Source: a virus
Lineage: Duplodnaviria; Heunggongvirae; Uroviricota; Caudoviricetes
Reading direction: 5' to 3' (one strand)
Virus record (IMG/VR): IMGVR_UViG_3300012943_000001
Coordinates: 1-39,742 of that record
DNA length: 39,742 nt
Both the position numbers and the translations under genes were made by a program. The notes under the pieces are model-generated. The model was not told the DNA's origin and did no database searches. It saw only the letters and a program-made list of their open reading frames with translations. This document shows, in pieces, positions 27,885 to 37,200 of this stretch; the first letter of the stretch is position 1; each line of letters begins with the position of its first letter.

Positions 27885-28985
27885 ATGGCAACAAGAAAAA
27901 GAGTCATTTACCAATCTGAGGCGGTCTACGTTGGCCCATCCCCAGCAACGGGCTTCAACTTCACCTCTGGTAACAGCGGTGACAATTTGATTTCCCAGCT
28001 TCACAGAGTACAATCTGCGAACTATTCTTTCAACGTCTCTCGTCAGGACATTAACCAATACGGTCAACTTGCCGCTATTGACAGAGTTATTCTTCAAGCT
28101 CCAACTGTCGCCCTTGACTTTTCCTACTACCTTACAAACGGTGTCAACGAAAAGCGTCTAGGTCTTAATATCGACGGTGCTCTTTCTGCTATTTCCGGTC
28201 TATTGAACGGTACGCAGGACGAAAAGAACTACTACATCTCCACTTCTCCAGAAGGTACGGACAACGTAGGTGCAAACGCGGCGGCACGTGAAGTCTTCGC
28301 TATTGGTAACGGCTTCTTGTCTAACTACTCTATCGAAGCAGCGGTTGGTGGTCTTCCAACAGCCTCCGTTTCCGTTGAAGCTCTTAATATCAAGGTTGAC
28401 CCAACAGCAGCAGGCAACCCAACTCCAGCAGTTAACCCAGAAGACGGTCTTGCTATCGCAGGCGTTAACTACAGCCTTCCAGTCGCAGTTGCGGGCGTTC
28501 CGGGACAAATCTCCGCTCTTCGTCCGGGCGACATCACGGTTGACGTTCAAACTCCATTCGGTGCTAAGGTATCCGGTGAAGGTAAAGCTCACTTCCAAAA
28601 CGTTTCTATTCAGGTTCCTCTTTCTAGAGAGCCATTGGAGCGTCTTGGTTCTAAGTTCGCTTTCTCTCGTGAAATTCAATACCCACTTACGGTTACATTC
28701 AATGCGACAGCTAACCTTGCAGACTTGCAATCCGGTAACTTGTCCAACATCCTATGTAACGACGAAAACTACGACTTGCAGCTTACGCTTCGTGAGCCAT
28801 CTTGCTCTGGTGTCGGTCCAATCGCTATGATTTACCAACTTAAGGGTGCGAAGCTTGACTCTCAGTCCTTCAGCTCTTCTATCGGTTCTAACAAGTCTGT
28901 TGACCTTACATGGTCCGCACAGATTGGTGGTCCACAAGACACAACCAAGGGCTTGTTCATCAGCGGTTCTTACGTTGGTTCATAA
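27885..28985 (+). CDS. major tail tube protein
   Basis: 366 aa, MCP-like codon bias, own promoter and terminator, upstream of the chaperones and TMP. Confidence 0.75.
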   Translation: MATRKRVIYQSEAVYVGPSPATGFNFTSGNSGDNLISQLHRVQSANYSFNVSRQDINQYGQLAAIDRVILQAPTVALDFSYYLTNGVNEKRLGLNIDGALSAISGLLNGTQDEKNYYISTSPEGTDNVGANAAAREVFAIGNGFLSNYSIEAAVGGLPTASVSVEALNIKVDPTAAGNPTPAVNPEDGLAIAGVNYSLPVAVAGVPGQISALRPGDITVDVQTPFGAKVSGEGKAHFQNVSIQVPLSREPLERLGSKFAFSREIQYPLTVTFNATANLADLQSGNLSNILCNDENYDLQLTLREPSCSGVGPIAMIYQLKGAKLDSQSFSSSIGSNKSVDLTWSAQIGGPQDTTKGLFISGSYVGS

Positions 28986-29009
28986 TATTGTTTTAAGTTA
29001 AAAACGAAG

Positions 29010-29038
29010 GCCGTCATGCGAAAGTATGGCGGCTTTTT
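29010..29038 (+). terminator. Rho-independent terminator
   Basis: GCCGTCATGC-GAAA-GTATGGCGGC then TTTTT. Confidence 0.85.
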
Positions 29039-29060
29039 ATTGATTACAAAGGATTAAGGT

Positions 29061-29363
29061 ATGCAGAACGTCAAAGGATATTTAGAGTCTCAGGTCAAAA
29101 GAGATATGGCCCGCTTATCACGCGGCCTACTCTCCTCCATTGAAGACCTACAAGCCCAACAAAGGATTAACGAGGCGACTCTGTTGGCAGCATTGCCAGC
29201 GGAATACCACAATCTCGTCAAAGCGGCCAATGTTTTAACAGAAGAACGTGTAAAGTTACTACGTAAGCGTATATTAGATAACACAAACGACCATCATCGT
29301 GAACTGCTATCCAATCTGGAAAACTACGAAATAGAGTTTAATTTTGACTCTAAAAGGGTATAA
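29061..29363 (+). CDS. hypothetical protein
   Basis: 100 aa helical ORF in the tail operon. Confidence 0.7.
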   Translation: MQNVKGYLESQVKRDMARLSRGLLSSIEDLQAQQRINEATLLAALPAEYHNLVKAANVLTEERVKLLRKRILDNTNDHHRELLSNLENYEIEFNFDSKRV

Positions 29364-29390
29364 TACAAACCAAGGTAAAAGGAAAAACAT

Positions 29391-30167
29391 ATGATTAAAG
29401 AACAAGACAAGGAGCTTTACTCTTTCGAAGTAAAGTCTGTTAAGGAAGTAGAAGAGACAACCACACTCATTGACGAGGTTACTAAAGAAGAAAGTAAGCT
29501 CGTAAAGAAGGTGAAGAAGGAGACTCCTACACGTATTGTTATTAGGCGTCCAACGCGTCGCCAAACCGAAAAGGCCGACCTGCAATATACGATTAAGATG
29601 TCAGAGCTTATCAAGCTTGGCGTTCTTTCTCGTGCCATGATTACCAAGAAATATGCGGATACTGGCGGCGTACTTACGGAAACTGAAGCTAAGTATTTAA
29701 CGTCTCAATACAAAAGGCTCGCAGAGATTCAGACGGAATTTGTGAATCTTAGCGTGAACGCAGAGAATTTGAGCGACGATAAAAAGGCAAAGCTTAGAGA
29801 AGTCACCGAGGAGATTAACTCTCTTCGTCGTGGTATCGCTGAGACAGAAAGCAGCTACAGCCATATCTACCAGCACTCTGCGGACATCAAGGCAGTTAAT
29901 CACGTCATTCTTTGGTACTCTCTTATGCTTACGTTCATAGAAGAGCAGAAAGATGGAGCGGCACCTACATACACGCCATACTTTAAGGGCGATACATTCG
30001 AAGAGAAACTTGAAGATTACTATACGAAAGAAGAAGAGTTCGACTCTCTTTATCTTCAGGTTAGGCAGAAACTTGCGTATTTCATCTCCTTCTGGTACAA
30101 CGGTGCCATTGCAAGTAAAGAAGACTTCGTAAAGCTTGAAAAAGATATCGACTCCGGTAAGGCTTAA
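29391..30167 (+). CDS. putative tail assembly chaperone
   Basis: Between tube and TMP; charged and helical, IRRPTR motif. Confidence 0.55.
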   Translation: MIKEQDKELYSFEVKSVKEVEETTTLIDEVTKEESKLVKKVKKETPTRIVIRRPTRRQTEKADLQYTIKMSELIKLGVLSRAMITKKYADTGGVLTETEAKYLTSQYKRLAEIQTEFVNLSVNAENLSDDKKAKLREVTEEINSLRRGIAETESSYSHIYQHSADIKAVNHVILWYSLMLTFIEEQKDGAAPTYTPYFKGDTFEEKLEDYYTKEEEFDSLYLQVRQKLAYFISFWYNGAIASKEDFVKLEKDIDSGKA

Positions 30168-31186
30168 TGGAGAAAGAGGACCAGCTAAGGCTTTTGAGGA
30201 AGTCCTTTAGTGATATCTCTCGTGGATATTCTGTCGCTCTTCTAGAAGGCAATAAAGTTTTTATCAGGCATCTAAGTCACCATGAGCAGGTCGATTTAGA
30301 TGTCCTGCATAAATCTTTTATGTTAGAGGGAGCTAAAGAAGGGCTCCCTAGGGAAGCCACCGTCCTCAAGCGTCTCAAAGAAGAGGGTGAATGGACGGAT
30401 AAAGACGAAAAAGACCTCGAACAACATAAGTTAATTATAGAGAGGTTGACGGAAGGTAAGAAAGTCATCTTTAGAAAATCTGACTTAGAAACTCAAATCA
30501 GACTCATCGAAGAAGAGCAAAGAAAGTACAATGAGAAGATGGCGGTAAAACTTGCCGCCATAGGTACGACCGCCGAATTATATGCAGATAGGAAGCTGAA
30601 TGAATACTACATCGTAGAGAGCTTCTTTATGGACTCGGCCTGCACTAAAAAGGTTCTAACAGAAGACGTATTCGAGCACATGACGGACCAAGAGGTCCAA
30701 GACATGATTCGACTGTACAACGATGAGATGGAGGTAGTCTCTGATAGGAACGTCAAGTATTTGGCTATTCAAGACTTTTTTCAAGTTTATTGGAGCATGT
30801 CTCCAGACAATTTATATCACTTTTTTGGCAAGCCTATATCTCACCTTACATACTTTCAAGTTAAGCTTGGTTCCTACGCACGTATGTTTAGGGATATTTT
30901 GTCTAAGGCGGACGGCTTACCAGACGATGTTAAGAACGACCCAGATAAGCTATTAGACTATGTACGTGTAGGCGAGAACGCTAGAGAGAAGATGGAGAAT
31001 GCCAAAGTAGCCTCAAAGAATGATGTTGTGGCGTCTACAATGGTTGGAGCAAAAGCTGAAGAATACAAAGCAATTGGTGTAAAATCCGATAGCTCAGTAA
31101 ACTTGTCAGACGAACTTAAGAAAAATGCAGCACAGGGCAAAAAGGGCCTAGATATGCACGACTTGATGAAATTGATGGGCTCTTAA
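30167..31186 (+). CDS. putative second tail assembly chaperone
   Basis: TAATG-coupled; directly before the TMP. Confidence 0.5.
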   Translation: MEKEDQLRLLRKSFSDISRGYSVALLEGNKVFIRHLSHHEQVDLDVLHKSFMLEGAKEGLPREATVLKRLKEEGEWTDKDEKDLEQHKLIIERLTEGKKVIFRKSDLETQIRLIEEEQRKYNEKMAVKLAAIGTTAELYADRKLNEYYIVESFFMDSACTKKVLTEDVFEHMTDQEVQDMIRLYNDEMEVVSDRNVKYLAIQDFFQVYWSMSPDNLYHFFGKPISHLTYFQVKLGSYARMFRDILSKADGLPDDVKNDPDKLLDYVRVGENAREKMENAKVASKNDVVASTMVGAKAEEYKAIGVKSDSSVNLSDELKKNAAQGKKGLDMHDLMKLMGS

Positions 31187-31206
31187 CCCATGAATCATGC
31201 ATTTTC

Positions 31207-31213
31207 AGTGTAA
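31207..31213 (+). promoter_or_regulatory. putative late promoter AGTGTAA
   Basis: Recurrent motif, 22 nt before the TMP start. Confidence 0.65.
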
Positions 31214-31235
31214 ATATTTAGGTCAATAAACGACT

Positions 31236-34200
31236 ATGGCAGACGATTTTCCAATTATTCTTCAGGCAAGAGCGGACACAAAGCAGTTCGAGCGAGACAT
31301 CGCGGCTGCAACAGAGCGTGCAGGAAAGAATATCAAACCGCTTCCACTTGGAAAAATCACGGGTCAATTCACTGAGTTTAATAAGTCTCTTGACGCCGCT
31401 ACTGCCCGTGTTATTACGTTCAGTGCCACAACTGGTATCATCAATGGTGTAGTCAATGCTTTCAAAGCGTTGGTTAAAGAAACTGTTGCCGTAGAGAAGG
31501 CTCTCGCAGATATCAATACGGTTTTGAATACCAACCAAAAAGGGTTGGAGGCTTTCAGAGGCGAACTTTTCAACATCGCTCGCAATACAGCTCAGAGCTT
31601 TAAGACTGTTGCTGAAGCAGCGGTCGAACTTTCCCGTCAAGGTTTGAGTGTCACTGAGACGCTTAAGAGAACAAATGACGCGATGGTTCTTTCAAGAATC
31701 TCCGGTTTGGACGCGGCTCAGGCCGTTGATACTCTTACGGCAGCGATGAACGGTTTCCAAAAGGCCGCTCTTGATACAACTACTGTCGTCAATTCTTTGG
31801 CGAGAGTCGATTCTAACTTCGCTGTTAGTACGAAAGACTTGGCAGACGCTTTGACACGTGTGGGCTCTACGGCTGACGATGCGGGCGTATCTTTCAATGA
31901 GCTTCTTGGTGCGGTCACCGCAGTTCAACAGACAACCTCTCGTGGTGGTGCTGTCATCGGTAACGCTTTCAAGACAATCTTTACGAGATTGAACCGTGCA
32001 GATACGGTCACTCAACTTAGAGAATTGGGCGTCGCTATCGACGAGTCCCAAAACGGTATTCAGAAGCTTCAAGCTATCTCTTCCGCCATCAAGAACGTTG
32101 ACTCCGCTACGGCAAACACAATCAAGGAACTTGCCGGTGGCGTCTTCCAAATCAACGTCGTCTCCGCTGCATTGGGCGACTTGAGCAAAGAGTATAGCAT
32201 CTACGCAAACGCCGTCAAGATTGCAGGCCAGTCTACAAATGACGCTATCAAGCGTAATGAAGACTTGAACAAGACTCTTGCCGCTTTGAGCAGCCAGTCT
32301 CTTACAAATATCCAAGACCTTCTTTCCAAGATTGGTAATATTTCTCTTGGTAACAACCTTAAGAATCTTTTTGCAAGTTTCAATGGTATTACCAAAGCTC
32401 TTTCTGAATCTTTAGATGGAGAAAGTATTGGTGCAGACCTTGGTAAGGGTGTTTTGGCTGGCCTTGGTAACTTTCTAACGGGTCCGGCTGTAATCGTTGT
32501 GTTCGGTGGTCTTCTTAAACTTGCTACTCAAGTTGGAAAAGATATTGCCGCATCTTTCAGACAGACTGTAGGTATCACTACTGAAGCCGACAAGCAAAAG
32601 CAACTTCAAACTCAAATCAGTTCTATTCTTCAGCAGAATGACGCTTTGTATGGTAAGTATTTGAATACTTCTAAGGGCGTCGCTCTTGTACAATCTGAAA
32701 TTCTTGGTATCTTGAAGGCTCAGGCGGCAGCAAGTCAGAATATCATTTTAGCTTCTAATACTATCGCTAAAGGAGTCTCACCGCAATTCACAAGGGCGAA
32801 GACAGGTAATCTCGTCGCAAAAAACGCGGCATCGGGTCTTATTCCTGCGTTCGCAGCCGAGTCTTCCGCTATCAAGCGTGGCGTAGGTGGAGCGAGTGGT
32901 AATGAGAAGTTGGCTTACATTCCTTCTTTCAATTATGGTGGAGGTAAGAAAGGTCCGGTCGTAGCAAACACGGGTGAAGTGGTTGTAGAAAACTTCTTGG
33001 GCGGAGATGCGAGTGCAATCCTTACGAAGGATATGATTGAGGCTCTTGGCGGCGAAGACAAGCTTGGTTTGCTAGGCGATGTCAAAGAGTTTGCTGCGGG
33101 CTTTATTCCGGGCTTCGTCAAAAAGACCTTTATGAAGGGTGCGGAGTTTATTGGGGACGGAGCTTACGGCAATGTTTTCAAGAATGAGTCTTTGGCTGGT
33201 GTTAAAGGTCTTCCTGACCTTGTGTTCAAAGAGTTCAAGCCGGGCAATGACGCTGGCGGTACTCGCGACCCAATCGCCGCAGAGTACAACGAATTTAAGT
33301 TGGCTGAAAAAATGGGGCTTCCTGTCGCTAAAGTTTTTGGCTCTTTATCTCGTAGTAAGAAACGTGGCGGAATATTCAAAGAGCGTGTTGACGGACCTCA
33401 TGGAGATGATTTCTTGGATATTCTTAATTCAGGAGAAAGAAGGGAGTTTAGCTTCTCTCTTAGAAAAATGTTCAATGACAAAGGTCTTGACGCGGGCGAC
33501 CTTCATGGCGGAAACTATAAAGTCCAAGACGATATTGGAGAATTAAAGAAAGTTTATCAATCTGAAGGCTACGAGGCGACAAAGGCTCGTGCCTTGTCTA
33601 AAGTAAAATTCTTCGACGGATTCTTTAAGTCTTCTTCCCCTGAAGCGTCTAAGGCTATTAAGGAAATTGTCGCCTCTAACAGGGCAGAGGGTTACGTCCC
33701 TGACTTGGCGTCCGCTATGTCTAGAGAAGTCGTGGCTCTTATAAAGATGGGTTATCCAAAAGATAAGGCTATCAAAGCGGTTGAGGTCGGTAAAGAACCT
33801 GTCCTTAAGAACTCCAAGAATCCAGAAGGTCTCGGCGTATACAATACTATCCAAGGTCAGACATCTCTTGCTGACGCGTTCAGTGACCATAAGGGTGAGA
33901 ACTGGAAAGTTTCTGGTAAGGCTCGTGGGCACGTTCCAAATCTTGCGTTAGAAGGTGACGACGCACTTCGTTTACAGGCTGCTTCTATCAAATTTGGCGG
34001 CATCGAAAAGGCTATTCAATCTATCGACCTTTCTAATATCGACTTCACAACAGCGGAGTCCACAATTAACAAAAAACTTAAAAAGGCGGTAGAGAAGGGT
34101 CTTGATATCGACTTCTCTTCAATGTCTCGCACAGTGGCGAAGAATTTCAAGGACAATTTGTTCAAGGAAATCAAAGAGGTTCGTGGACCAGAAATCGAAG

Positions 34201-37200
34201 AACAACAAACTGTTTTGAGACAACAGCAAGCTAAGGCTCAACAGGCTCGTGAGGCTACTGAGTTCAGAAAGCGTCTTGTTCAGACGAATACAAGGACCGT
34301 ATCTCCAGAAGAATTCGCAAAGAATCAAAGGGCAAACTCTATACCTTTTGACGACACTGATTTTGATAAAGAGGTTCAGCAGGTGGTTGCCGCACAGCAG
34401 AAGGCAAAGAAATCCGCCGTCACGAATTTGAGAAAACTTCGCCAGAAGAATTACGAAGACGCATTCGCTCAAGCTACAGAAGAAATCAATAAACGCTCTG
34501 CGTTCTCTCCTCAAACTTCAGCACGTATCCTTAAAAAGATTGATACTTCCAAGTTGACCGTGGAACAAAGAGAGAGTTTGGGTCTTGATGTTAGACAGGT
34601 TTCAAGAGCACAGAGAAGACAGGCTTTTGGTGGCACTGCGGGCATCGGCCTTTCTATCGGTGCGTCCCTTGCTTCTCCATTGCTATTTCAAGGAGCACAG
34701 GGCATCAGAAACGGTGCGGGCAACAGAGCATTAACAGGTGGCGAACGTGCTGGAGCGGCAGCTCTAGAAACAGCGGGCGGTGCAGCTAACGCACTTTCCT
34801 TCGCAGCTCCGTTCGCATCAGCTCTTGGACCAGTAGGTTTGGCAGCGACGGCAGCAGCGGGTGCAATCTTTAGTTTGGCCGACGCTCTTGACGACTCTGA
34901 CGAAGAGGCTGCAAGACTTACAAGAACGTTTGAAGACATGCAGGCTAAGAATACTGCGTTCGTCAACAGCTTCTCTACATACATTCAGACTCAAGAAAAA
35001 CTTGGTTCATTGATTAACTCTGGTGGTAGAGACGGTGATATTCAAGCGGTATCTAAAGAGCTTACTAAAGTCTTTGCTACAATCGACGACGAAGGTGCTC
35101 GCAGAGACATCTTGTCTTCTAACGGAGACATCTCTAAATTAAGCGAGGCGTTCGCTAAGGCTCAAACCCGCGTATTCGCAAATCAGAGCGTGGCAGCGGC
35201 AGTTACTACGGCAGCTCAGTCCAAAGACGACAGAACAACTCTTGGAGTAAGAACCGGCAACGCGAGTGCTAGTGCCGTCACGGGTATTTCCCGCTCTTTG
35301 ATTTCTGCACTTGATACAAAGAAACTTGGCGAGTTTTCTCAGAAACTTGAGGCTGCAAAAGACAACCTTACCGAGACTTCTTTCGTAGAAGCGTTCGAAG
35401 GAACAGGTGTTGCCAAAGACCAAATCAAATCCATCTTCGATTCTCTAGGCGATGGTGTATCCAGACTTTCTCTATTGAATAGCTTGATTAAGGAGTCCTC
35501 AATCACGCAGGAGCTTCAACAGTCTATTCAAAAAGCTTCTGATGCAAAGAGGGCTATTACAGACTTGAACAAAGTTCTTGGCACGATTACAGCTATCCAG
35601 TCTCTTGATAGAAGAGCAGGATTGGGTAGAGAGGCAAATTCATTTGCCGTTCAGCAAAATGCCGGTCAAAATCAAGCGGCTTCTAGATTCTTCAATGTTG
35701 GAGAAATCGGTCAAGCTCAAGTATCTACAGCTTTCCAAACTAAGCAAGTTCAATTCGACGCTGCACAAGAGAGAGAAAGAGAAACGCTTGATTTGAAGGA
35801 CGCGTTGTCTTCATTTGCCTCTGAGAATAGAGACTCCCTTTCCGTCGCAGCAAACAAAGATATTGCCGACGCTCTAAACAAATTTGTAGAGACTGGTCAA
35901 GGCAACCTTGGCGAGTTAGCAAATCGTGCTCTTCAAACGGGCGTTGGTACGGGCGAGAACGCAAAAAGCTTCTCTGAGTTGGCTCAACTTATTGCCGCTT
36001 CAAACGCTCGTCTAAGCTCTATCGACGATAACGCTCAGACGCAAATTCAAATTCTTAGACAGAATCTTGATGCGGTTAAAGAACGTGTCACTCTTGAAAA
36101 CAGACTCAACACTCTTGGTGGAGCTTCTGGACAAATCGACTTTGGTTCAAACGGATTCGACAGAATCAGAAACAGAGATGTTAATGCAGAGTTGTCTACA
36201 AGAAGCGGTGTTACAGGTCAATTCGGAAGGTCTGAACAGGCTCAGGGTATCATTGAATTCCAGAACGCCTTCAGCAAGCTTGAAGGATTTGACGCAAGAG
36301 ATGTCATCCCTAATGCAGAACAGCTTGTAAGAGACTCTATCAGAGAGAGCCTTATCCAAGGTTTCACAAGAATCGGTGTAGAGCTTGATTCTAACAAGCT
36401 AAAGGAAATCAATTCTATCGCGGACGTATCCGCGTCAAAGCAGTTCGAGAAGCGTGAGCTTACAGCCGATGCAATCGGTGAGGCGGTCAATTCTAAGTTC
36501 GCTTATGACAGGCTTGTCGCCGGTAATGAACAAGGTATGGCGTCCGCATTGACATCTACAAATGTCGCCGCGAATACATCTGCCGCACCAAAGATTCTTG
36601 AGGTTCTTAAGGAACGCTTCGGTCTACAAAAGGAAAGAGAAGGAGAGCGTCTTGCGTTGACTGGCCTTAACACTGAAAAGACCTCCGCAGAAACGAAGAT
36701 TTCCCAACTTACAAGCGATAGCAGAAAAGTCGTCGCAACTCAAGCTAAGATTGTAAACAAGGGAGAAAATACATACGGACCAGTCTTTGATGAGGGAGTT
36801 AAGAAGGCGGTTGTCCAACAGATGGGTCTCATTGAGAACTCTAATATTCCGGGAGCGAGATACCGTAGAGATACAGAGTCCTTTGAATTTGCACGTCTTG
36901 GCGAAGGAAAGTCTTTGGAAGAGTTCAGAAAAACTCTTGACGACATTCTAAACTCTACAAATTTCGATAGAGGTAAGAGATTCGTCGCGGCTGGATTGAA
37001 CGCCAGCGGATTTGTTGAGTCCGCTTCAGACGGAAAGAATAGAGTTTCCGAAGCTGGATTTGCGAAGCTTATCGAAAGACTAGAGTCTTCAGGGGTCGTT
37101 AGTGTAGACAAAACTGGTCAAGAGAAAATCGACGCCAACAACGCGGAGATTCAAAGACTTAGAGATTCTATTTCTGCACTTACTCCTCAGATTTCAAAAC

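Noticed and set aside
29391-31186. Programmed frameshift between the tail chaperones
   Set aside because: No clear X XXY YYZ slippery site before the first stop; the genes are joined by a TAATG overlap
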